Positions 18,673 through 27,495 of a stretch of 64,000 nt of DNA are shown piece after piece. The notes beneath the pieces are model-generated. The model made no database searches. It was not told the origin of the DNA and worked only from the letters and a program-made list of their open reading frames with translations. Origin of the DNA: Candidatus Zhuqueibacterota bacterium (GTDB lineage: Bacteria; Zhuqueibacterota; Zhuqueibacteria; Thermofontimicrobiales; Thermofontimicrobiaceae); contig JAPDQM010000004.1 in assembly GCA_034505795.1 (NCBI GenBank), forward strand, positions 348 through 64,347, in the 5' to 3' direction. Both the position numbers and the translations under genes were made by a program. Every line of letters begins with the position of its first letter. The stretch's first letter is position 1.

Positions 18673-20592
18673 TCATCGTCGTTGCTCGATTAACATCACC
18701 CTCCCATCCATGTCGCTTAGTACCACCCGATTTTCATCCAGCGGCGCCACCGTATGAATTAACGCCGTTCCGACGCGGAATTCAAAATTAACGCGACCTG
18801 TTTTTGCATCAACCGCATACAAAAACCCATTCTTAGTACCGAAGAAAACCACCCCATCCTTTTCGACCGGCATTGACGCTGCGATATCATAGCCATAATT
18901 GCAGGAAGCTGCCCACACCAATTGTGGCGAAGCTGCTTCGGCTGAAAAAGCCAGCAGCGTATCTTCCATGCAGCGAGCGTAAATCCTTCTGCCGTCTTCT
19001 GAAATACCAATAGACTCGCGGACTTTGTAGGCATTGGTCCGCCAAACGATAGCACCAGTCTTTGAATCAATGGCCGTAATATAACGATCCGGCGCAACAA
19101 TAAAGACCTTGTTGTCCGCGGCTACTGGCCAGCAAGCCGCTGGCGAAAATAATCGTCCTGGATGGCCATTGCTCCACTTCCAAACCAGCGAACCATCTTT
19201 TTTATTTAAGGCATACAAAAACGTATCCCACGCACCAAAGATCACCTGATCCTGGTAAACTAGAGGCCGGGTCTCCACAAAACCAGCTACGCCGCTGAAC
19301 TCCCATTTGAGCTTGCCGTCATGCAAATCAAGTGCCCGAAATCGGCCATCGCTGGCGCCGATGTAAACCGTTCCCCGTTGAATGCGCGGCGCAGCCACCA
19401 CCGGCGCCTGAGTACTATATTGCCACAACAACTGTCCATTCTCGATGCTCAGACAATAAATATTTTTGTCTGTTGCAGCAAATACCAATCTCCCATCAGC
19501 AACATCAGCGCCGGAGAAGATACTTCCTTTTGCTTGGAAAGTCCATCGTTTTTTTCCATCCTTCAGTGAAAGCCCGTAACACCGGCCATGACGATCGCCC
19601 ATTACCACCCAATCACGCCAGACACGTGGCGAACCCGCAGTTGTGGCTTGACAATCGAACGACCATTTTATCTTCACTTCGGGAAACCTCTGATTTACGG
19701 AAAAATCGGGACGATTAAATTTGGCAGTGTTTGAATCAACGCTGCATCGCTCGAGGGATAATTTATGCCATAAATTGGGCATGGGGCCTGGAGCATGGGA
19801 GATGGAGTGATTTATCCGCTCAGCCCTGTCAGAGTGGATTGGGGGTAGCGGCAAACGTTCGTAGAAGAACATGCTATCATTTTCAATGGTTACGATATTA
19901 TAGCCGCCTACAGGCTGATCTCTTCGAAGAGTGGAACGGCCCATTACGCCAGGGATACCTTCCAGATCGTAGCTTTTATTTCGATGACCATGCCCAAACA
20001 AAATAGCTTTCGTCTGATATTTTCGCACCCGATCCAGAAATTCGAACCAATTGTCCACCGATGTGTCGATAGGATAATGCGTGACAAAAATGAGCGGTTG
20101 TTCTGGATCAGACAAATTCACCAGCGCCGAATCCAGCCAGTGCAGATCCTCTGGTGCGAAATGGCCATCACCCATGCGCAGCAGTGGCCCCTGGTGCATT
20201 CCAATGAAGCGATAGCGCTCAAATTGAAAATTAAACTTATCATTTCCCCATAACTCACCAAATTTGCTGCATCCGGATTCCGACCATTTGGTGTCATGAT
20301 TGCCCGGGATAATATGATAGGGCTTATTCAGACTATCCAAAATGGCTTTGGCCAATTCCAATTCGTTATTGCTACCCATTTCCGTAATATCGCCAGACAG
20401 GATCACGAAATCAATGTCCTCGATATCATTAATGTCTCGAACCGCTGCACGCAAATCTGCGGCGCCAGTTGGCGAACCAACATGCGTATCGCTTAACCAG
20501 GCAAAACAGATCGCTTCCTGTTGGCAAAATGCAGCAACAGCGTAGCAATAAAAGAAGCCCAAAAACAGGATGATGATATATCGATATTTCAT
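18673..20592 (-). CDS. Calcineurin-like metallophosphoesterase fused to a PQQ/BamB-like beta-propeller
   Basis: Track ORF trimmed to MKYRYIIILFLGFFYCYAVAAFC (ATG 20590-20592). MPE motifs SDTHVG, SGDITEMG, GNHD, GHGHRN. C-terminal repeats of the PQQ-like type (IYCLSIENGQLLWQY, FRALDLHDGKLKWEF, LYALNKKDGSLVWKW, ITAIDSKTGAIVWRT, LYAVDAKTGRVNFEF). Confidence 0.8.
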   Translation of the reverse strand: MKYRYIIILFLGFFYCYAVAAFCQQEAICFAWLSDTHVGSPTGAADLRAAVRDINDIEDIDFVILSGDITEMGSNNELELAKAILDSLNKPYHIIPGNHDTKWSESGCSKFGELWGNDKFNFQFERYRFIGMHQGPLLRMGDGHFAPEDLHWLDSALVNLSDPEQPLIFVTHYPIDTSVDNWFEFLDRVRKYQTKAILFGHGHRNKSYDLEGIPGVMGRSTLRRDQPVGGYNIVTIENDSMFFYERLPLPPIHSDRAERINHSISHAPGPMPNLWHKLSLERCSVDSNTAKFNRPDFSVNQRFPEVKIKWSFDCQATTAGSPRVWRDWVVMGDRHGRCYGLSLKDGKKRWTFQAKGSIFSGADVADGRLVFAATDKNIYCLSIENGQLLWQYSTQAPVVAAPRIQRGTVYIGASDGRFRALDLHDGKLKWEFSGVAGFVETRPLVYQDQVIFGAWDTFLYALNKKDGSLVWKWSNGHPGRLFSPAACWPVAADNKVFIVAPDRYITAIDSKTGAIVWRTNAYKVRESIGISEDGRRIYARCMEDTLLAFSAEAASPQLVWAASCNYGYDIAASMPVEKDGVVFFGTKNGFLYAVDAKTGRVNFEFRVGTALIHTVAPLDENRVVLSDMDGRVMLIEQRR

Positions 20593-20605
20593 TTTGCTTT
20601 TTTTG

Positions 20606-20632
20606 GTAACGCGATTTGCCAAATTGCGTTAC
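20606..20632. repeat. Single copy of the family-1 27-bp palindrome (GTAACGCGATTTGCCAAATTGCGTTAC)
   Basis: One mismatch to the copies at 18.5 kb. 45 nt after the stop at 20677 and 13 nt upstream of the ATG at 20592. Confidence 0.9.
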
Positions 20633-20676
20633 AGTCCTCCGTGCCAATTTTGCCATCCGTTGGTGCCAACAAAACA

Positions 20677-23202
20677 TCACCGCAATAGCAACAATCGTTT
20701 CGATTCATTGAAAGTACCCGCGATGAGTTTATATAAATAAATCCCGCTGGCAACATCCCTACCGTGATCGTCTTTGCCATCCCACCTCACCTGATAGAAG
20801 CCACCATTCTGACTTTCATTCACCAGCGTCCGAACCCTTTTGCCCAAAATATCAAAAATCTCTAATCGCACTGGCTGTGGTCCTGATGAAATCTGATATT
20901 CAATAATTGTTTGCGCATTGAACGGGTTGGGATGATTTTGTTGCAAGACGTATTGCTGCGGCAGTTCGATCGGCGCGATCTCTACGGGCACCGGGACTTT
21001 CTTCACAATCCGCAAGTCGTCAAAATAGAGCGTGCCCACCGTTGGACTGCCGGGATTATAGGTGAACTGGAGGCTTTCTAATCGCAATGTCCCATCCAGA
21101 TTACCATCCCCCAGCCATGTGCCCGTGCTGTCTTTACTCATATCCCATGAGACCAACTTCCAGCCGATCCAATCGATGGTCAACCAGGGACTCACTTCGT
21201 GATTGGCCGCAGCCAGGTTGGGATAATTATCATCCACACAGAATCGAAACTGATTTCCGCTGCCATCGCCAAACACATAGGTCTGCAAGATATAATCTTT
21301 ATTAAACAAGACCGTTTTAGCAGGAGCGCTATCGGCGATATAGAGTCGGATCAGCCAGGAACCGGCGTTCAAATCCCAGCCATAATTGACCTGTAGCGAA
21401 GCAGTGCTCGGACTGAGCAGATTGACAATTTTGTTGTTCACATCGCGGCTCGTTTTTTCGGTCAGGATGCCAGCCGTACTTCCACTCTGCTGGGGGGCCC
21501 ACCAATTGGCTAACAGATTTACTTCAAGATTATCGATCGGAATGATGCTATAATCCACGGTGGCAGTTCTAAAACTATAGGATTTCGCGGCGGTAACAGT
21601 ATTCCCCCAGGCATCAAAAAAGCCCGCTGCAACCCGCGTAACATAGACTTCATCAGCAAATAGCTTTTGTGCTGGGAAAAAGCAAAACACGCTACGATCA
21701 TTCACCAGATAATGCCTCAATGTACCAGGCACATCGGTGTGGTCCTGAAATCGTTCCAGCCGAATCCTGTCCGCCGCAATAGAATTGGAATCAATCGCTT
21801 CATCATAGGTGAGGTTGATGATTGGCAGCAGCTCGATGTCGCTTGCGCCTGATTTGGGATAAACCGTGGCAATTTTCGGCGGCGACATATCCGGAGGTCC
21901 CGTTTTGAAATGCAACACAAATTCATCGCCTCCAACTCCGTCCTGATTCCCATCGAATTGATGGCCATAAAAATCCGTCGCCGTGCCGGAAATAGTAATG
22001 GCATAGTCCGAGAGAAATCGAAGGCTGTCAGGTCGGAAGGTCATTTTTTTATCATCATTTTGCCAGATAAATTTTCCTGTAGCCGAAGGTTCGATGGAAA
22101 AACCCACCTCCACCATGGCCCGATTCATCTTGCGACTAAAGTTGAAAACGATGTCGTTCCAGGCGGGAACATTGGTAGCCCCATTGGCTGGCGTGGTGGA
22201 GACAATGTACGGCGGAACTTTTGAGATCAGCTTCACATCTTTGAATGTGAAAAATGTGTCCACCGGTGTCACGGTCAATGTGTCGCTATAGTACCCATCC
22301 GCTTCGACAATCATCTCCTGTGTACCATAAGGAAGGGCATCGAAAAAATAAAAACCATTATGAAGCAGTTCAGGATCATTGGTATATTTGAAAAATAGCG
22401 ACGCATATGAATCAGTGACATAAGATTTTCCGCTAATCGTCACCCGAGCACCATTGATCGGAACACCGGTTTCGTTGTTCGTTAGAATACCAGCAACAAT
22501 ATGCTCGGCTGGCCTGGGAATATCATGAAATTGCAGAATTGACCAATAGAATGTTTTGGCTTCCAGTTTTTTCCATTCAGCATTCATATTGAGCTGATTC
22601 TGTCGCGGATTGGTGTGGAAGCCAGCCTCGCTCAGCTCCGAAGGCATATTGCTCTGACGATTGACATGAAGATAGGGCCCGGGCCAGCTTGGTGAGCAAG
22701 CGCCGGTATAGGCATAGAATGTGCAGTCGCCAATGGAACCGCGGGTATTGGTCCGCATTCCTCGGGTTAAAATATTCACTATAATATCGGCCATCGCTTT
22801 GCCACCATTGGGCACTTTTTCAGCTTTATTATAATACTGCCCCCAGAGCAATAGGGTGCTATTGTATTCCGGGCTACCGGCATCGCTATGAATGGAATGG
22901 AACCAGGCCGCGCCTACGCTATTGGCGTAATCGGTCCGCTGGCTTAGTGATACAATTTGCTGATCATTGGTGCGAGAAATATAAACCGTATCGATATCGG
23001 TGGTCTTGAGCAACATTTCTCGCAGAGCCAGGGCCACACCCAGATTCTTCTCAGCCTCTGAATAATTATAAATCCCCATATTTTCCCGCTGACTGTGCCC
23101 AGGGTCGAGAAAAATATTCCAGCCAGCAAGACCCGTGACCTGACTAAAACTTATCCCAACCGTTATGAAAATGAATAAAAATAAACTCAATAAAAATCTC
23201 AT
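20677..23202 (-). CDS. Secreted N-acetylmuramoyl-L-alanine amidase (Amidase_3-like) with CarboxypepD_reg-like and SbsA/Big_5-like Ig domains, an unassigned ~180-aa module and a T9SS sorting domain
   Basis: Track ORF trimmed to MRFLLSLFLFIFITVGISFSQ (ATG 23200-23202). Amidase_3-like IFLDPGHSQ..EAEKNLGVALALREML..VYISRTND..LSQRTDYANSVGAAWFHSIHSDA. Ig-like PPYIVSTTPANGATNVPAWNDIVFNFSRKMN and PPKIATVYPKSGASD. C-terminus LQQNHPNPFNAQTIIEYQI..LEIFDILGKRVRTLV..SGIYLYKL..LLLLR. Confidence 0.8.
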   Translation of the reverse strand: MRFLLSLFLFIFITVGISFSQVTGLAGWNIFLDPGHSQRENMGIYNYSEAEKNLGVALALREMLLKTTDIDTVYISRTNDQQIVSLSQRTDYANSVGAAWFHSIHSDAGSPEYNSTLLLWGQYYNKAEKVPNGGKAMADIIVNILTRGMRTNTRGSIGDCTFYAYTGACSPSWPGPYLHVNRQSNMPSELSEAGFHTNPRQNQLNMNAEWKKLEAKTFYWSILQFHDIPRPAEHIVAGILTNNETGVPINGARVTISGKSYVTDSYASLFFKYTNDPELLHNGFYFFDALPYGTQEMIVEADGYYSDTLTVTPVDTFFTFKDVKLISKVPPYIVSTTPANGATNVPAWNDIVFNFSRKMNRAMVEVGFSIEPSATGKFIWQNDDKKMTFRPDSLRFLSDYAITISGTATDFYGHQFDGNQDGVGGDEFVLHFKTGPPDMSPPKIATVYPKSGASDIELLPIINLTYDEAIDSNSIAADRIRLERFQDHTDVPGTLRHYLVNDRSVFCFFPAQKLFADEVYVTRVAAGFFDAWGNTVTAAKSYSFRTATVDYSIIPIDNLEVNLLANWWAPQQSGSTAGILTEKTSRDVNNKIVNLLSPSTASLQVNYGWDLNAGSWLIRLYIADSAPAKTVLFNKDYILQTYVFGDGSGNQFRFCVDDNYPNLAAANHEVSPWLTIDWIGWKLVSWDMSKDSTGTWLGDGNLDGTLRLESLQFTYNPGSPTVGTLYFDDLRIVKKVPVPVEIAPIELPQQYVLQQNHPNPFNAQTIIEYQISSGPQPVRLEIFDILGKRVRTLVNESQNGGFYQVRWDGKDDHGRDVASGIYLYKLIAGTFNESKRLLLLR

Positions 23203-23338
23203 TGCGTTTCCTTTCCAAATTTTTAAGCCCTCAATCGTATGCCCACATTTGTCAACATCCAGTTCGATTGCCAACTGCTATCAGCCTTACTTTCATCTGA
23301 TGATTGGAGATCGCGGACGGTTGACTGATAATGGATTG

Positions 23339-24298
23339 CTATTCCCAATTCAATTCCATGAGATAAATCGCCCCTTCATCCAGCACATCGAACGCTATCG
23401 TTTTCCCAGCGGGCGACCAGGAGGGATTCATCTCCAATTTGTCATCAGGGAAAACCAATCTGGTTTTCTTTGAGCCATCGATTTTAACGATGTAAAGATC
23501 CGAAGCAAGATACCGGTAGCCATCATCGCGGGTAACCATGCAAATTAAATGTTGACTATCTGGCGCCCATTGCGGTCGATGACCTGGCCCCAGATCTTTC
23601 AGACCTGTGCCATTCACATTCATCACGAACATATCGCCCCCCAAAATTTCGAACGCCACACGCGCCTTATCAGGGGACAGCACCAAATTGATGCATCGCT
23701 CTCCCTTGACCGGCTCAAAGACGCGGTAGTCTTTGGTAGCTACATTACCGATGGCGATCTGGTCGTCCTTCAAGAAAGCGGAAATAGCCGGGGTAGCGCT
23801 TTTCTGTAAGGTCGCAGCCTTCTTGCCCGACTCATACACTTCCAGCTTACCCCGACTGTACATATAAATTTTTTCATCCCAGGCTCCCCAATGTGGCAAG
23901 CCTGGCATTAGCGTACGAAAGTTGGTGAGGTAGCGCGAGTCGCCGGTCTCAATATCAAAGACCTTTACCGCATTAAAACGATATCGCTTTTCGAATTTTG
24001 CTATCCGGCTGACGATGGCTTTTGCGTCCCCGGACCATTCAAATCCGAACCCGGCGGCTGGCTCACTGCTGATCTCCCGCGCCTCGCTACCATCAGCATT
24101 CATGATCCATAAGCCCTGATAATTGGAAGTGGTAAAGGCAATTTTCGTCCCATCAGGAGAGAAAACCGGATGCATGAAATAGAGCCCATCACCGCCAATA
24201 AGCTTGACTGGATTACCAGTTATCTGCTCCTGTGCGGGTGCCATAATTGCTGATAGGATAAAAACAATTAAAAATAATAGCACAATTTTTTGTTGCAT
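23339..24298 (-). CDS. Secreted PD40/TolB-like WD40 beta-propeller protein
   Basis: Signal peptide MQQKIVLLFLIVFILSAIMAPAQE. PD40-like repeats FSPDGTKIAFTT..LWIMNADGSEAREIS, LSPDKARVAFE..MFVMNVNGTGLKDL, WAPDSQHLICM..LYIVKIDGSKKTRL, WSPAGKTIAFDV. Confidence 0.75.
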   Translation of the reverse strand: MQQKIVLLFLIVFILSAIMAPAQEQITGNPVKLIGGDGLYFMHPVFSPDGTKIAFTTSNYQGLWIMNADGSEAREISSEPAAGFGFEWSGDAKAIVSRIAKFEKRYRFNAVKVFDIETGDSRYLTNFRTLMPGLPHWGAWDEKIYMYSRGKLEVYESGKKAATLQKSATPAISAFLKDDQIAIGNVATKDYRVFEPVKGERCINLVLSPDKARVAFEILGGDMFVMNVNGTGLKDLGPGHRPQWAPDSQHLICMVTRDDGYRYLASDLYIVKIDGSKKTRLVFPDDKLEMNPSWSPAGKTIAFDVLDEGAIYLMELNWE

Positions 24299-24372
24299 GA
24301 GTTTGCTCCAATTAATTGGTTCAGTAGTTCAGTAAACTGAATTGTTGAGTTAAGTTGATTATGCGCCAGCCT

Positions 24373-24541
24373 GTAACGCAATTTGCCAAAATTGCGTTAC
24401 AACTCTCAGCAAATCTACGATTCGAACGAACTGCCAAATTGCGTTATAACTCTCCGCAAGTCTCAGATCTGAACGATTTGCCAAATTGCGTTATAACTCT
24501 CCGCAAGTCTCAGATCCGAACAATTTGCCGAATTGCGTTAC
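24373..24541. repeat. Array of four ~47-49-bp units derived from the family-1 palindrome: one full copy (24373-24400) and three with a degenerate left arm
   Basis: Right arms CCAAAATTGCGTTAC (24386-24400), CCAAATTGCGTTAT (24434-24447 and 24481-24494) and CCGAATTGCGTTAC (24528-24541), each followed by AACTCTCxGCAAxTCTxxGATxxGAAC. Lies between the stop at 24565 and the start at 24298. Confidence 0.85.
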
Positions 24542-24564
24542 AAAAAATGCAAAAGATCATCGGA

Positions 24565-27279
24565 TTATTTGATGACCGTCAATTTTTTCACTGATGAAAA
24601 TTCCTCAGTTTTCAATTGGCAAAAATAGATGCCCGATGCGGCATCATCTGCATCCCAGTGGACGCAATAAATACCTGGCGACTGGCGTTCATTGACCAAC
24701 GTGGCGATTTCCTGGCCCAATAGATTTATTATTCGTAACTCCACTTTTGTTTCTTTGGGGATGGCATATTCGATCATGGTTTGGGCATTGAATGGATTGG
24801 GATAGTTCTGTTCCAGATAAAATCGGAGCGGCGTTTGGGAATCGAAATCCGCAATATCTGAAACCTGGGTCACCAATGAAAACTTAATCGCATCAGCACG
24901 AAGCACCGCATTGGAGTTGGTATTTTTCCCCGTATCAACCACCCTTAGCTCGATTTTATATTTAGCTGGCAAATGATATCTGCCCAGCAACACCCACGAG
25001 CCGCTGCCTTCATTCTGATTGATGATGATGGAATCGACCACCACATTTTGAACTCTCAGCACGTAAGCCGCATGATTGGACGCGTTCACTGTAGTGGGCA
25101 CGATCTCAAAAATATCATAGTACCCCCCAATATTCACCTGGGTCTGAAACGATGCCCAGGCACGCGGTGTCTGATTAAGCCCGGCATACCGACTGGACGG
25201 GCCATACGCTTCAGCCACACTGGTAGCCCATTTGCCGAATTCTCGATAATTCAGCGAATCTTCATTGTCGACCACGGCAAAGAAGGATTCCACTTTCGCG
25301 CTCACCGGCAGCGACAAATAGGGCTGATGCGGATCGTCGCTATAGACAATGAGCGTATCAGCTACCATCCCAATATCTCGTGCATAAAATTGTAGGGGCA
25401 AAGAGATCGTACTCATCCCCGCTACTTCGACCGGAAACGAAGTAACCGCAGTTATGAAATGGCGCTGCGATTTAAGACCAAATATGCTCAAACTTTGATA
25501 ACCACGATTGGTGATTTTCAAGTTCCAGTTGAAGGTTACATCCTGACTCACAACTCCCAAATTGATAAAATTTTGATCAACTGCCAGATCCCGTTCTCGA
25601 ACCAGGGCGGAAAATTTGGCCACATCGGCGGCCGCGACCTTGCCCGGCTGCCGGCTTCCTTCGGCCACCAGTTCCAGATAATTTTGGGTGCCGGCGGTAA
25701 AATAGGCGGTGCCCACATAAACCCAGTCCATCGAGGTCAGCGGCTGGTTGAAAATCGCGGTATCAATTGGCTGGCTATTGGCATAAATTCGATACATCAA
25801 ATGATTGACAGGATTGTCGACTTTTGGTACTTGAACGAAAATATTATAAAAACCAGCTTGAGGAATATCGGGGATCCATTGGACGCGAACTGTATCGCTT
25901 GCACTCAGAGTAACAATTTGAGCGTCTGGGCCCCAGGCACTATTGGACGATGATTGCCATTTGCCAGATTGTACAACAAAGCCGGCGTCTCGATTGTCTA
26001 CAATAATATCATCGGGCAAATATTGGATAAATTGCATGGCCTGATTGCCCACGCTATCGCAAACAGCCACACCGACTTTGGCAAGCATTTTTTTCGCTAT
26101 CGGCGCAATGGTCTGCCACTGGTTCGCCCCAATTTTTTGGCAGGGCAAAATAGTGTATCGTTCATAAATATCTTTGGCGGCCACGAATGGCTGCGGCTGA
26201 AAAATCGGTTCATCAGTGCTGATAACAAACGCAACATCGTTCCCAAGCGATCGTTCCTCAATTGTTAGCCTCGGAGCTTCCGCATCAGCGGTCTTTAGCC
26301 AGCGCTGCATGGCCTCGATCGCCGTGCAATAATAAAATTTGACATCGGGGTAAATACCGGTCAGATGATGGGCCACGCTATCGATTTTCTGAATATTCGG
26401 TAGAAAATCGGCCTCTGGCAGATGACCCCAGATGCAAGCCACTTGATCGACTCCCGCATGGGCCTGTTTGAAAATCTCATGCAGATATTCCCGAGAGCGC
26501 GTAGTGCTCAAATGCGCTGAACGAACATTCCAACCGCGATAGCTTCCCGGCCGCTGATAGTTTTCAGGAGATGGATGAAACGGGATCCACTCCGCTGGCG
26601 CCTGGGACCAATCGTAATTATTATCCAGCGGTTCAGTGACATCGATGCCATGCACGGGATAATCATTGTGCATACTAAATGGCAGCAACTGATCGAGATA
26701 CTTCTGCCAATCATTATCCATAAAATGCCAGCCACTACGGAAGGAGACCGGGAACACCTTCTCCTCCAGTAGCAACTGGCACAGCGTCAAATCAAAATCA
26801 TCTTTGCATTCCAGAAACGTTTGCGTCTGGTTCCAGTACCAGATACCATCGCCATCGTAATCGGTCCAGCCAAAGGTGTGATAGTGTAGCGACAGCTCAT
26901 CCCCAAGCTGGCGCACAGCATCCCCATGATATTCCTGCATCAAATACATGGTCATGATATTCGGTATCGGGACATTCCGATTAGTGGCATATCGGAAAAT
27001 GTTGCCGGCCATCATCCACCAGGTCAGTTTCAACGGCTGGCCATCGGAATCAACCAAACGCGCCCGGAAGGATGGATCCATGACCTGATGGGCGTTTCGT
27101 GCAGGATTGGTATACAGGTCGAGACTATAGGTACAATGATACCTCGAGACGCTCATGCCATCCCAGATAGCCGTGTCAGAGCCTAAGACGAGATATACTT
27201 TTCCAGCAGCCGTACTTCCGGCCGGAAGAAACAGGATAACGATAAAAACCAATAGCAAATATTCGGAAACAGTTTTCAC
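24565..27279 (-). CDS. Large secreted protein: unassigned ~430-aa N-terminal domain, two golvesin-C-terminal-like modules (tentative), a DUF1573/ASH-like Ig module (tentative) and a T9SS sorting domain
   Basis: Signal peptide MKTVSEYLLLVFIVILFLPAGSTAA. Segments IIVDNRDAGFVVQSGKWQSS..AWGPDAQ..AGFYNIFVQVP and FAVVDNEDSLNYREFGKWATS..YGPSSRYAG..GGYYDIFEIVP..AAYVL..WVLLGRYHL resemble the golvesin-like binding fold as I remember it. C-terminus LEQNYPNPFNAQTMIEYAIP..LRIINLLGQEIATLV..SGIYFCQL..LTVIK. Confidence 0.7.
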   Translation of the reverse strand: MKTVSEYLLLVFIVILFLPAGSTAAGKVYLVLGSDTAIWDGMSVSRYHCTYSLDLYTNPARNAHQVMDPSFRARLVDSDGQPLKLTWWMMAGNIFRYATNRNVPIPNIMTMYLMQEYHGDAVRQLGDELSLHYHTFGWTDYDGDGIWYWNQTQTFLECKDDFDLTLCQLLLEEKVFPVSFRSGWHFMDNDWQKYLDQLLPFSMHNDYPVHGIDVTEPLDNNYDWSQAPAEWIPFHPSPENYQRPGSYRGWNVRSAHLSTTRSREYLHEIFKQAHAGVDQVACIWGHLPEADFLPNIQKIDSVAHHLTGIYPDVKFYYCTAIEAMQRWLKTADAEAPRLTIEERSLGNDVAFVISTDEPIFQPQPFVAAKDIYERYTILPCQKIGANQWQTIAPIAKKMLAKVGVAVCDSVGNQAMQFIQYLPDDIIVDNRDAGFVVQSGKWQSSSNSAWGPDAQIVTLSASDTVRVQWIPDIPQAGFYNIFVQVPKVDNPVNHLMYRIYANSQPIDTAIFNQPLTSMDWVYVGTAYFTAGTQNYLELVAEGSRQPGKVAAADVAKFSALVRERDLAVDQNFINLGVVSQDVTFNWNLKITNRGYQSLSIFGLKSQRHFITAVTSFPVEVAGMSTISLPLQFYARDIGMVADTLIVYSDDPHQPYLSLPVSAKVESFFAVVDNEDSLNYREFGKWATSVAEAYGPSSRYAGLNQTPRAWASFQTQVNIGGYYDIFEIVPTTVNASNHAAYVLRVQNVVVDSIIINQNEGSGSWVLLGRYHLPAKYKIELRVVDTGKNTNSNAVLRADAIKFSLVTQVSDIADFDSQTPLRFYLEQNYPNPFNAQTMIEYAIPKETKVELRIINLLGQEIATLVNERQSPGIYCVHWDADDAASGIYFCQLKTEEFSSVKKLTVIK

Positions 27280-27426
27280 GATACTAAATTATCCTTTTCA
27301 AATTTCAATTTTACTAACCACTGATGTTTCTTATTGTTTAAAAACGCTATTGAACTCAATGGCACTTGGGAAAAATTTATTGCACTACTTGCCCCTTCGA
27401 CAAGAGCTCTCGTTCCTTTATAATCA

Positions 27427-27461
27427 AAAGCCGTTGGGAAAACACTCCTCCCAACGGCTTT
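27427..27461 (-). terminator. Rho-independent terminator of the 27496..28815 gene
   Basis: 13-bp stem AAAGCCGTTGGGA / TCCCAACGGCTTT with a 9-nt loop, 35 nt after the stop. On the minus-strand RNA the stem runs into CUUUUGAUUAU. Confidence 0.6.
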
Positions 27462-27495
27462 CATCAGATCGAAAAATCAACAAACCTGGCTAGCA

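Noticed and set aside
18455-24541. Integron attC-like sites: imperfect palindromes directly after the stop codons of co-oriented genes, with GTAAC...GTTAC ends.
   Set aside because: The ends match the RYYYAAC/GTTRRRY cores only partially. The palindromes are perfect, with no extrahelical bases. The flanking genes are 2-3-kb genes with their own SD sites. No intI or attI is present.
8778-24541. Both palindrome families read as rho-independent terminators.
   Set aside because: None of the copies is followed by a U tract on the coding (minus) strand. The copy at 20606-20632 is followed by an A-rich run instead. They are therefore listed as repeats, not terminators.
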